Assembly: GCA_000004985.1 (NCBI GenBank)
Contig: GG738850.1
Direction: 5' to 3' (one strand)
Length of the DNA: 64,000 nt
Source: Naegleria gruberi
Taxonomy: Eukaryota
Shown here: one piece after another, positions 1 to 11,799 of the stretch
How positions within the stretch are numbered: the first letter of the stretch is position 1
Layout: every line of letters begins with the position of its first letter
Translations under genes and position numbers: made by a program
The notes under the pieces: model-generated
The model's input: only the letters and a program-made list of their open reading frames with translations
What the model was told of the DNA's origin: nothing
Databases searched by the model: none

Positions 1-3000
1 TTACCATTGTGAATTGATAGAGATGAGAAGTCACTCTTGTACAATTTGTTTGTTGATAAGGTCAAGAATTGAGTAGTGAATGAAATATCCTTCTCTCCAA
101 CAAACTTTCCTCTCAGAACTAATTTAGAAATATGATTAACAATTATTTCCAATTCCTTAACTTTGAGATCCATTCCTTCTAATTCAGAAAATGTCATGTA
201 ATTATACAGAGAATTGACAATATTAATCAACAAATCGGATACTGTGGATGAAATGGATGCCTCTTCATTTTGTAAAGTTCCCTCAATCAAACTCTTAAAT
301 ATGGTGAAACATTTTTCAAAAATGTAATTATTAATTTCATCATAATTTTCAACAAATGAAGCAAGATCAAATGTTTGAGTAGCTATATAGGATTCAGTCA
401 TTGGCTCATCAGGATTTCTATTGTCATAATTTTCAACAAATGATTCTAGCAAATCTAATCTCATTTGTTGGAATGCAGTGAACATGTCCTCACTCATACT
501 ACAATCAACTTTATAGTAACCTGAAGGACATATACACTTTCCTGAAACATCATCAACTTTACCACCATGTTCACAAACTGTTGTTATTGTTCTTATACTT
601 CTTACAACGGTTATGGAAGAATACAATATGGTAGTAGCTCTTGAAATATAAGTAGTACTGAAAATATACTTGTTTGGATCACCAACTTTCAAAGTCTTGG
701 CATAGATGGTCCAGGAGGCTGTTTTCTTGGTCACCTCAGCTAGAGTCTTTAAAACTGGTAATACCACCTTTACACTTGATTTTTGAATTATAAAGGCACC
801 AGAATTTGTATCAATAATTTTGAAGAATACAGAAACATAAGGGTTTGTCGCAGGTGAACTAGTACTTGGAAGTTTTGTTGAATAGGATTGAATACCTGAA
901 TAGAGAGCCATTTCAACCATTGTCTTGTCATCAATGAAACCATATGTAATTTTAATAGAGTTGGCAGCATTTTGACAATTTGAACACTGAAGGGTAAATA
1001 ATGTATCAAATGCGTAACCACTACTTGGAGAAACAGAGCATGGACATGGTTTTGGAGTAGTTGCAATTGTAAAACTGGTTGAAAATTTTGCTTTTTGAAC
1101 TACTCTTAAATCACTCACTGTAAGACCAACTGTATAAGTACTTCCTTCTGTCAAGGTTGATGGATCAATAACTATAGAGTTTGAAGTGGATGGAGATTTG
1201 GACATTTTGTTGAGAACAGGACTGGTGGAACTTAATAATACACCATTAAGAGTCCATTCTCTTGAAATGTATTGGTCAATATCTGTTCTTTCATTGTTGG
1301 CAGTAATATCCAAATCAATATTAATAATATCTGATTGCTGTAAAATGTAAGCTTTTTGAGGAGATAAGGAAATCAAACTAATTGTTGGTGGTGAAATTCC
1401 CAACCCTGGTATAATGAAATCTACATTAGAATCCACACTTCTTGACCCCTTAACAATTCTAAGACTTATTCTCAAAGTTGGTTTTGGTTCAGTATAAGCA
1501 GACAAGGGAACACTAATGGTAGTACTCTTCAAAGTAGAGTAAGAATTCAAAACATCTAGAATGGATTGACTACAAGAGGATCCAGATGTCAAATCAGAAC
1601 AGGCCCATAACCAAGTTTCTGAATCGATCAGTCCTTCAGGGTCCACAAATGAAGCTGTAATGGAAGCTGAGCTAGAAGTTATCATGGTAGAGTAAACTGA
1701 GAGAGTGAGTGGTTTTGAAATGGTACTAATTGATACTGTTGTATCAGAAGTGGAAGCAGAGTTTACTTTTGAAGTGGCAGAAACTGAGAATGAATAGAAT
1801 TGATCTCCTTTGGTTAAGAACTTTCTTATCAAGAGATTATCATTCGAGTCAACAACCATGTCAACTACTGGCCCACTTGTTTGCTTCCAAACAATTGTCA
1901 TGGATTTATCTTCATAATAACATGATGGGAAACTGATAAGTTGTTTGATTAAAACTGTAGAACTTGAAAAGAAAGTTGAAGGAGAAAGATCAACAGTTGA
2001 AATCTTAGGAAGAGGTGCTGATAATTTTTCAACAGAAAAAACAATTGGATTACTCTGCTTTCCTGAAATTGAACTTTCAACAGTAAGAGAAAATTGATAG
2101 ATACCTGGTAATTTAGTACTATTGGATGATATTTCAAATATTGGAGTATTTGATACACTAATAGAAGATAAGATATTAGAAGGTGATGAAACCACAGACC
2201 AATTATAGTTCAATGGCTTCATATCACCTGAGTATGATCCAGAACCATCGAGTATAATTGAATCACACAAAGAAATTAGGGAAAATGATCTAATTGATGC
2301 AATAGGAATAACTGGAGATTCAGCATTCAAAACTTGTACTGTAGTGTATTCTGACAAACCATTATCGAATATAAGTCTATTCAGTTTCAAATAATCATTT
2401 GGTTTCAAAGTGTAGTCTGAACCTAAAAGTATTGTAAACTCTCCAATTACCTTATTGGTCCAATAACATGATGGAGCAGTTCCCATTTTGCTCAAATAAC
2501 TTGTGTGAATTAACTTTGAACAATCAACACTATTCAAAGAATATGAAGATGGAGCAACAATTATTAATTTGATACCATTTAACATGTCTAAGAATTTTAC
2601 AGGTCCTGCAATCTTTGTAGAACATTCCTTTCCATAATAACCAATTGCACACACATCACATGCAATTCCACCAAAATAACCTGTTTGCTGACTATATTGA
2701 CAATCACACGTTCCATTCACATTACATAATCCTCGTGAGGAACATTTGGATTGAGGAGTACAGAATATTGTACAATCTGGTCCATAATAATTTGCTTTAC
2801 ACTGAGAACAATATTTACCATCCCAAAATCCAGAACATTCACAAACAAAAGTTGAATTACAAGTGCCATGACCATTACAAGTTCTTACAGGATCACAATT
2901 TAGAGTTTTACAACCAGTTTGTACAGAACTATATTCTGGAGTACATGAACCACAATCAATTCCATCCCAGTAACCATCTTGCTGAGAATTCTTACAAACA

Positions 3001-6000
3001 CATGTATCTTTTGCAATGCATGATCCTTGAGAGTTGCAAACTTTTGGATCAGTTGATAAAATGCCACTACATGAAAACTTTTCACAAGTGTCTCCTGAAT
3101 ATTGATCATTACATTTGCATCCACCAATATTTGTAGTTGCATTCAAGAAGCATTGACCTCTTCCGTTACAAACTTGTGCTTCCTTAGAGCTGTGAGAGTA
3201 ACAATACAAATTTTGACAAAGAGTCCCATTGTAAAAAACTTGTCCACCTTGAGAAATAGCACATTGACAAGTGTCAAGTGCAATACATTTACCACGACCA
3301 CCACATACATTTGTATCATTAGCTAAAAGTCCATTACAAATAGGGTATTGACAATTTTCACCACCATATCCTTTTTCACAATCACACTTTCCAGGAGAAG
3401 AACATAAGCCATGACCAGAACAAACACCAGTAGCATTGAAAGCAATACCAAAACAAGAGAATATTTCACACTTGTCACCATTATAATGTAGATTACAGGA
3501 ACAAACATTGGCAGCAGTACACACACCCCTTCCTGAACAAACTGTGGAGTCATTGGAAGGAATTGAATAACAAACAGGATATTGACAAGTATTTCCAGTA
3601 TAATTTTCTTTGCATGTACATNNNNNNNNNNNNNNNNNNNNNNNNNNNNNNNNNNNNNNNNNNNNNNNNNNNNNNNNNNNNNNNNNNNNNNNNNNNNNNN
3701 NNNNNNNNNNNNNNNNNNNNNNNNNNNNNNNNNNNNNNNNNNNNNNNNNNNNNNNNNNNNNNNNNNNNNNNNNNNNNNNNNNNNNNNNNNNNNNNNNNNN
3801 NNNNNNNNNNNNNNNNNNNNNNNNNNNNNNNNNNNNNNNNNNNNNNNNNNNNNNNNNNNNNNNNNNNNNNNNNNNNNNNNNNNNNNNNNNNNNNNNNNNN
3901 NNNNNNNNNNNNNNNNNNNNNNNNNNNNNNNNNNNNNNNNNNNNNNNNNNNNNNNNNNNNNNNNNNNNNNNNNNNNNNNNNNNNNNNNNNNNNNNNNNNN
4001 NNNNNNNNNNNNNNNNNNNNNNNNNNNNNNNNNNNNNNNNNNNNNNNNNNNNNNNNNNNNNNNNNNNNNNNNNNNNNNNNNNNNNNNNNNNNNNNNNNNN
4101 NNNNNNNNNNNNNNNNNNNNNNNNNNNNNNNNNNNNNNNNNNNNNNNNNNNNNNNNNNNNNNNNNNNNNNNNNNNNNNNNNNNNNNNNNNNNNNNNNNNN
4201 NNNNNNNNNNNNNNNNNNNNNNNNNNNNNNNNNNNNNNNNNNNNNNNNNNNNNNNNNNNNNNNNNNNNNNNNNNNNNNNNNNNNNNNNNNNNNNNNNNNN
4301 NNNNNNNNNNNNNNNNNNNNNNNNNNNNNNNNNNNNNNNNNNNNNNNNNNNNNNNNNNNNNNNNNNNNNNNNNNNNNNNNNNNNNNNNNNNNNNNNNNNN
4401 NNNNNNNNNNNNNNNNNNNNNNNNNNNNNNNNNNNNNNNNNNNNNNNNNNNNNNNNNNNNNNNNNNNNNNNNNNNNNNNNNNNNNNNNNNNNNNNNNNNN
4501 NNNNNNNNNNNNNNNNNNNNNNNNNNNNNNNNNNNNNNNNNNNNNNNNNNNNNNNNNNNNNNNNNNNNNNNNNNNNNNNNNNNNNNNNNNNNNNNNNNNN
4601 NNNNNNNNNNNNNNNNNNNNNNNNNNNNNNNNNNNNNNNNNNNNNNNNNNNNNNNNNNNNNNNNNNNNNNNNNNNNNNNNNNNNNNNNNNNNNNNNNNNN
4701 NNNNNNNNNNNNNNNNNNNNNNNNNNNNNNNNNNNNNNNNNNNNNNNNNNNNNNNNNNNNNNNNNNNNNNNNNNNNNNNNNNNNNNNNNNNNNNNNNNNN
4801 NNNNNNNNNNNNNNNNNNNNNNNNNNNNNNNNNNNNNNNNNNNNNNNNNNNNNNNNNNNNNNNNNNNNNNNNNNNNNNNNNNNNNNNNNNNNNNNNNNNN
4901 NNNNNNNNNNNNNNNNNNNNNNNNNNNNNNNNNNNNNNNNNNNNNNNNNNNNNNNNNNNNNNNNNNNNNNNNNNNNNNNNNNNNNNNNNNNNNNNNNNNN
5001 NNNNNNNNNNNNNNNNNNNNNNNNNNNNNNNNNNNNNNNNNNNNNNNNNNNNNNNNNNNNNNNNNNNNNNNNNNNNNNNNNNNNNNNNNNNNNNNNNNNN
5101 NNNNNNNNNNNNNNNNNNNNNNNNNNNNNNNNNNNNNNNNNNNNNNNNNNNNNNNNNNNNNNNNNNNNNNNNNNNNNNNNNNNNNNNNNNNNNNNNNNNN
5201 NNNNNNNNNNNNNNNNNNNNNNNNNNNNNNNNNNNNNNNNNNNNNNNNNNNNNNNNNNNNNNNNNNNNNNNNNNNNNNNNNNNNNNNNNNNNNNNNNNNN
5301 NNNNNNNNNNNNNNNNNNNNNNNNNNNNNNNNNNNNNNNNNNNNNNNNNNNNNNNNNNNNNNNNNNNNNNNNNNNNNNNNNNNNNNNNNNNNNNNNNNNN
5401 NNNNNNNNNNNNNNNNNNNNNNNNNNNNNNNNNNNNNNNNNNNNNNNNNNNNNNNNNNNNNNNNNNNNNNNNNNNNNNNNNNNNNNNNNNNNNNNNNNNN
5501 NNNNNNNNNNNNNNNNNNNNNNNNNNNNNNNNNNNNNNNNNNNNNNNNNNNNNNNNNNNNNNNNNNNNNNNNNNNNNNNNNNNNNNNNNNNNNNNNNNNN
5601 NNNNNNNNNNNNNNNNNNNNNNNNNNNNNNNNNNNNNNNNNNNNNNNNNNNNNNNNNNNNNNNNNNNNNNNNNNNNNNNNNNNNNNNNNNNNNNNNNNNN
5701 NNNNNNNNNNNNNNNNNNNNNNNNNNNNNNNNNNNNNNNNNNNNNNNNNNNNNNNNNNNNNNNNNNNNNNNAAATTGGATTATCATACTCATATATATCA
5801 ACTGAACTCCCTAACATCACAGTCAGAGCTCTCGGATCATGTTCTCTGTCCCTAATATGATTCTTATCAAACGGTATATTTGGGATCTTGACAACTCTAG
5901 TAGAATCTTCAACAATTACAATATCACCATTAGGTAAAAAATCCATAAATTTACAAGGAAATAAAGATTTTGATGGAATAAAGTTGTCGTAAACATATCC

Positions 6001-7974
6001 CATGTTTCTATCTTGCCATGCATCCTCCCCATGTATATAACCAGCAACAGTGGAAACAATACCATCATTTCCTATTTTTCTAATTCTGCACTGATATCCA
6101 TTTGATGTCATTATATGCATCTCCAAAGAAGTTGGAGAAAACCCAATGTACCCATTTACTATCCTTTCTCCTGCCATTTGGAATGAGGATATATCTGAAC
6201 CATCTCCACATTTATCTTTGAAAGGACACACAGTGAAATTTCCCATCACCATTGAAATTTGATCATTTTGAATTTTTCTTATGACAACATAGGAAGTCCA
6301 GCTTTCAAAAATGTACAAGACCTTTTCAATTGGATGAATTGTCATTGACAAAACATTTCCCAAACAAGCATTCACTCTCTTGACACTATTGACACTATAG
6401 TCAGCTATTTCACATCCAACCTTTAATCTCCCTGCAAAGTGATCTATTTTGCCGGACTCTGCATACACAATTCTCAACACGTTTTTTCCATTATATATAC
6501 TGTAAAATACGATATCATTATTTGGAAGTCTGATGGTCTTGGAGCTCGAATCAAAATTTAAATATGCATTTGTAGCTAGACCTCCAATACCTCCATAGTC
6601 AATATTCATTTGAACATAATCATAGATTCCTTTTCCAGCAATTTTTGAAATGGTATTGGTTGTCAAGTCTATTGCTTTAAGCGAATAATCATCCTAACAA
6701 CCATATAAGGATTAATACTAGATAATACTTACTGAAACAAATAGTTCATTTAATTGAAGATTAAACTGCTTTGAACTAATACCAGAATAATTAAAAGGAA
6801 TACCAGTACCATAATAATCACGGGTAGAGCTCCCAATATACATCTCCACCTTTCTGAATGGATCATTAATATCAGCTTTAAGAATTCCCATGTTCATAGA
6901 TCCCAATATAATTGTATTGTTTGAAATACTGAAGGATGCAATGCTATTGCGATCGTTAGCTATAGCAGGATAACATGAAATTAGATCCTTGTCCACATAA
7001 TACATTTTCCCATCTTGTTTTTCGTATTTGAATAACCCATTCTTTGTCACAATAAAGAAACTGCCACTTTTCTCTTCTGCAAAGATAACTTTTGGCTGGT
7101 CATCAAACATATAAAAATTGTTCGCTAAAGCACTATGTCCATAATACACATAATTAGATACTTTGGTATTGGGTGAACTTATTACTGATACATATTCTGA
7201 GGTGCCATTCTTCAATCTAACAACCCCGCCATTACCAGAACTCATCGAATTCATTTGGACCGCCATACCCAAATAATAGTCACCATTACTTGTCCTATAA
7301 ATTGACTTTGGGAACTTTGTCTCACCAAAATCATCTCTATAACTACCAAATGCTCCAAACAAGGTGGAAATTAATCCAGTTCTCTTGTCAATCATTTTTA
7401 CAGAGTGATTATCATAATCACAAATGATAATGCTATCTGTTTGAGAGTCGTAAAACACTTCAGATGGATTGCTCAAACCACTATATATGGCAAGAACATA
7501 ATTTCTGGATCCTTTAGTGCCTGNNNNNNNNNNNNNNNNNNNNNNNNNNNNNNNNNNNNNNNNNNNNNNNNNNNNNNNNNNNNNNNNNNNNNNNNNNNNN
7601 NNNNNNNNNNNNNNNNNNNNNNNNNNNNNNNNNNNNNNNNNNNNNNNNNNNNNNNNNNNNNNNNNNNNNNNNNNNNNNNNNNNNNNNNNNNNNNNNNNNN
7701 NNNNNNNNNNNNNNNNNNNNNNNNNNNNNNNNNNNNNNNNNNNNNNNNNNNNNNNNNNNNNNNNNNNNNNNNNNNNNNNNNNNNNNNNNNNNNNNNNNNN
7801 NNNNNNNNNNNNNNNNNNNNNNNNNNNNNNNNNNNNNNNNNNNNNNNNNNNNNNNNNNNNNNNNNNNNNNNNNNNNNNNNNNNNNNNNNNNNNNNNNNNN
7901 NNNNNNNNNNNNNNNNNNACAAGGTATGCTAAGAAAACCTTATTGTGTTGCGTTGAATTCATTTTTTTAGCCAT
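1..7974 (-). CDS. Giant secreted or adhesion-type protein (gene A), partial at its 3' end. Exon 1 spans 7974-6733 and contains N-gap 7524-7918. A 39-bp intron at 6732-6694 runs GTAAGT...TTAG. The terminal exon spans 6693-1 and continues past the window start, with a frame break across N-gap 3622-5771. Domain order: NHL-like beta-propeller, then at least 9 tenascin-type EGF repeats (~3610-2700), then Ser/Thr-rich REJ/PKD-like modules (~2500-1).
   Basis: The minus-strand ATG is at 7974 (MAKKMNSTQHNK...). NHL-type repeats include GKGIYDYVQMNIDYGGIGG... and GNDGIVSTVAGYIHGEDA. Manual translation of the minus strand from 3610 down shows repeated C-x-C-x-G-Y/W-x-G-x-x-C EGF units, for example CSGRGVCTAANVCSCNLHYNGDKCE. 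The minus-strand frame stays open to position 1 and ends ...LSTNKLYKSDFSSLSIHNG. The donor GTAAGT lies immediately after ...NELFVS, and the reading frame re-opens after TTAG with DDYSLKAIDLTTNTISK. Confidence 0.6.
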
Positions 7975-8246
7975 CTTGCTCCAGTCATGCCTGCTTTGAG
8001 CATTAAGGTTTTCCCTCTCGAATCTACACTGAGCGAAAATGGAAGTATTTGTTTCATTTTGCTTCAGGTATCTTCAGGTATCTTCACTCGCAGAGTTAAA
8101 TTTGCTCAAATTAGGACTAATGAACCGTATATTCTTACAAATTTGGAATGGATGAACCCAACTCACCGCGTGATGTTGTTGGCTTTTGTTGATTGGGTCT
8201 ATTGACGATTAAAGAACCAACCAACACAATACCAAACTGAAAAACA
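7975..8246. promoter_or_regulatory. Short divergent intergenic region (272 bp) between two head-to-head NHL/EGF genes. It is presumably a bidirectional promoter and contains the direct repeat GTATCTTCAG/GTATCTTCAC at 8067-8086.
   Basis: Gene A starts at 7974 on the minus strand and the next gene starts at 8247 on the plus strand. The spacer is AT-rich and has no convincing ORF. Confidence 0.35.
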
Positions 8247-10858
8247 ATGAAACCATTAAGGTATGCTCGCTTAATAGCTGCACTTATTATAGCACTATTG
8301 TTTTTCACTCAATACCATGTTGATTCAGTGCAAGGAGCTACCACCACATGTTTTGGCCTAGCTAGCACCAATGCATTGGTATGTTCAGGTTACGGAAGAT
8401 GTTCAGCCACAGATGTGTGCACATGTAACGAGGGTTACTATGGTAATTCTTGCAACAAGCAATATAGAATTACATCTCGAACAACAGTATTTGGTAAGAA
8501 AGGAGAAATAGGTAGCTATTATAAAGGATTGATTTTTAGTAGTACAGGATATGGTATTTCAGATGTTGAAGGAGATGAATTTCTATACTATATTGATGAA
8601 TCTCGTGTCCGTAAATTGAACATGAACACTGGTATTTCTAGTAGTACTCGTATGGGCGTTCCAGATCCAGACCGTTCTTATGCCATCTCAAACATTAAAT
8701 GTGTGCAAAGAAAAGGGAAAAAATTCTGCTATGCCATTCAAGACATCTCCTCTGTGTCGGTTTTCATATTTGGTCCAGACAGTTCGATTATGTATAACAC
8801 ACCATTCCAATATTCAGTTACAGTTCAATACGATCCGGTTCGTGACTGTCTCTTTTTGTATAGTAGAACAACACTTTACCAACTCACAAACCTGGACAAT
8901 TTTAATGGAACTAACTGGTCAGTGTATATCAAATCAGTACCCACAGATTATAGTTGCTTTACTGTTACTACCAATGGTGATTTGCTTTTTTGTGATTCTA
9001 CTTATAAAAATCTTGTCAAACTCAAACAAGATGGTACCAAAACCACTCTGGCCACTGGAATGAACCATTATAAGGGAATGTACATTTCAAATTATAATGA
9101 AATATTCTGGTATGAAAAGGGATTTATGAAGAAATTTGATGGTACCACTTTCAAGACTGTAATGACTTTAGATTGTTCTGATTATGCAGAGTTTGGATTG
9201 GGAAGAGAAAACAACACATTTTACCAAATAGATAATAATGTGATTGAAAAACTAGTTTATGGATTGACTTGTGTTGATAATAGGTGGAAAGGTGATAATT
9301 GTGATGAAGTTGCTCTGTTTTGCAATTCTGTCCCATTCAATGACTCGAAAGTTTGCTCTGGACATGGTAGTTGTCAAACTGGAGAAGTGTGCAATTGTAA
9401 CTATGGTTATACTGGTACTGACTGCGAGTCACTCATAATTACATGTTTTGGAGCAAGGGCTAGTAATGGAGGTGTTTGTAGTGGTAGGGGAAAATGCATT
9501 GCAAATGACACTTGTGTTTGTAATGATGGGTATTATGGAAATAACTGTCATGTTGACACTTGTTTTAATATTTTAGGAAATAGTTCCAGTGTTTGCAGTG
9601 GTAATGGTTATTGCAGAGGAACAGATAATTGTATTTGTTATGATGGATTTGCAGGCCCACTATGTAATAATACAGTTAGTACAGGAATTACATCATTTAA
9701 AGTTTCAGATTTTAACTTTCCAATGCCTAGAGGAAAGTTTGTTTCAAACGAATCACATTTGATTTATCATGACGAAACAACCCTAGAAGTGCTGGCAATT
9801 TCTTTTCAAACCAAGGCTGTTAGTTTACTAGGTTACTTTACTCAATCAACAGTAGAAGAAATGCGCTATTACAATGGAATAGTCTATTTTATTGATAGTA
9901 CCAAGAGTTTGAGATTTCTTCCAGAGGGAGGATTTACCCAAAAAATTACTGGTTCTATTACTGGTGCTTCCTATTTGAAAACTGCAACAACGTATGGAAC
10001 TTTCACAGGTGAAATTCAAACCTTTCAAGTTTGTTCACAAGGAATTATATTTGTGGAGCAAAATACTGGTAAAATTTTTAAATTGGTCTTTGATTACAAA
10101 ACAGGAGAAACTCAATTTTTTCACATTGCTGGTAAAGGTTATACAGAATCTGGAAAATCATGGAGTTTTAGCAATGGTAATGGAAAGCCGTTAGATGCTA
10201 CACTTGGGTACATTAATTCTCTTCTCATCAATGACAATGGTGATTTATTTATGGTGGATACAACCAATCATGTTATACGTCAGTTTAACCTATTAGGAAC
10301 CTCAACAATTGCGACAACAGCTGGTGTAGGTACATCAAAGGGATATTCTGGAGATGGTAAGAGTGCAAAATCATCCTTATTGAGTTTAAATCTCAATTCC
10401 ACACTATTGCACTACAATGGTGCCTTAATGTTCTTTGATGGAGGAAATAACCTTATAAGAAAGGTACTGAATGGAATCTTGTACGATGTTGCAGGTAGAC
10501 AGACCCTTGGAGGAGCTGCAACAATTGGTTTGGACAATACCAAAACAAGTCTTTTACTCACCAATCTTTTCAAGACTTCTCAAGGAGATATTGTCTTTAA
10601 GGACACGACAGGAAAATACATGGCTTTGGATATTTCTTTGAAATGTGCTGAAGGATTTACTGGAAGTAAGTGTGATGAGCCATTGAAATGTGGTGGAAGA
10701 TCCTTCTTGGATCCAAATGTTTGTTCTAAAAGAGGTCCGTGTCTTTCTACAGGAGTATGTGATTGCCCTTATGGTTGGACTGGAGATAGTTGTGAATTTG
10801 CTATCTGTTTCAATGTTGCTGCTAATGATGCTTCAGTTTGTGGGGAAAGGGATCTTGT
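8247..10858 (+). CDS. Secreted EGF/NHL-repeat protein, truncated at its 3' end by the 50-N gap. It has a signal peptide, two tenascin-type EGF repeats, a beta-propeller-like region, five EGF repeats, an NHL-repeat region, and further EGF repeats.
   Basis: The ATG at 8247 opens MKPLRYARLIAALIIALLFFTQYHVDSVQG, a signal peptide. EGF units include CSGYGRCSATDVCTCNEGYYGNSC and CSGHGSCQTGEVCNCNYGYTGTDC. An NHL-like block reads IAGKGYTESGKSWSFSNGNGKPLDATLGYINSLLINDNGDLFMVDTTNHVIRQFN. The frame is open for 2.6 kb up to the gap. The TQTQ/PKPK continuation in the ORF track is just a translation of the hexamer repeat. Confidence 0.65.
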
Positions 10859-10908
10859 NNNNNNNNNNNNNNNNNNNNNNNNNNNNNNNNNNNNNNNNNN
10901 NNNNNNNN

Positions 10909-11230
10909 AAACCCAAACCCAAACCCAAACCCAAACCCAAACCCAAACCCAAACCCAAACCCAAACCCAAACCCAAACCCAAACCCAAACCCAAACCCAA
11001 ACCCAAACCCAAACCCAAACCCAAACCCAAACCCAAACCCAAACCCAAACCCAAACCCAAACCCAAACCCAAACCCAAACCCAAACCCAAACCCAAACCC
11101 AAACCCAAACCCAAACCCAAACCCAAACCCAAACCCAAACCCAAACCCAAACCCAAACCCAAACCTGACATGGGATCCAAACCCAAACTAAAAATAGAAT
11201 TCTTCTAAACCCAACGTTCAAACCCTAACC
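10909..11230. repeat. Telomere-like hexamer array (AAACCC)n, about 43 perfect copies (10909-11165). G-strand is TTTGGG. It is followed by degenerate copies (AAACCTGA..., AAACCCTAACCC).
   Basis: Perfect tandem AAACCC units are read directly in the sequence. The C-rich strand is on the plus strand. Confidence 0.9.
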
Positions 11231-11680
11231 CAAAATTATAAACTTATTCAAATATCATTAAATTTTATATCATTCGATAGCTAATGATGAGTAGAACAAC
11301 ATGGTATATTTAGTTTTTCAATTTATAAAATATTAACTTTGTAAATAATGTCAGATTAAAATTTCTAAAATGAAACTATAGGAAGAATGATAAGTACAAA
11401 ATCCTTTAATGAGATTATATAGTCTATATCATCATTAACAACATTCATAATCACTTTCATATAAAATTTCAAAAGTTCATGTCTGTAGATATAAAAGTAT
11501 CAAGTGAAAAGGGAAGATGTGAGGTAAAAGAGGTCAACTATAACTTTTGAGTTTCTCATCAAAACATATTGAATCCTGACATGATAATGTTCCATTTGAT
11601 GATTAAACATCGAATATCAAATTTATTTTGACTTTCATATCTAAAGATTTCTTCCCTCAATCACATATTGTCAACTTGTA

Positions 11681-11799
11681 TGAAAAGGTGGAAATCTTGA
11701 TAAAGGACCACCTATTGAAACTTTACCAACATGATGTAGATGATCTATAATGATATAGAATTCAATTTCATGTCCTAATAATCAGAAATGGTACCATGG
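11681..11799 (+). repeat. Copy 1 of a ~115-bp dispersed element 'R' (GAAATCTTGA[T/A]AAAGGACCACCTATTGAAACTTTACCAACAT...). It is about 90% identical to the copy at 14833-14946 and runs into N-gap 11800.
   Basis: Direct comparison of 11681-11799 with 14833-14946. The preceding unique stretch 11340-11680 also shares degenerate blocks with 14950-15400 (CTATAGGAAGA, TCCATTTGATGA, GATTTATTTTAACTTTCATAT). Confidence 0.8.

Noticed and set aside
2645-3142. ORFs 2645-3136 (+) and 2900-3142 (-), and similar small ORFs inside large genes (for example 8680-9063, 24191-24397, 36478-36705, 44919-45308, 62190-62525, 62871-63338)
   Set aside because: They are antisense or out-of-frame overlaps of well-supported long coding regions, and they have poor codon usage.
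3563-5860. Plus-strand ORFs 3563-5860, 3582-5855 and 3610-5805, and other ORFs consisting mostly of X (7405-7932, 7473-7922, 7517-7999, 15486-17834, 15497-17920, 15529-17757)
   Set aside because: They are open only because N-gaps contain no stop codons.
7987-8205. ORF 7987-8205 in the divergent promoter
   Set aside because: It is 72 aa with no start context, it lies in the AT-rich spacer between two well-supported genes, and its composition is non-coding.
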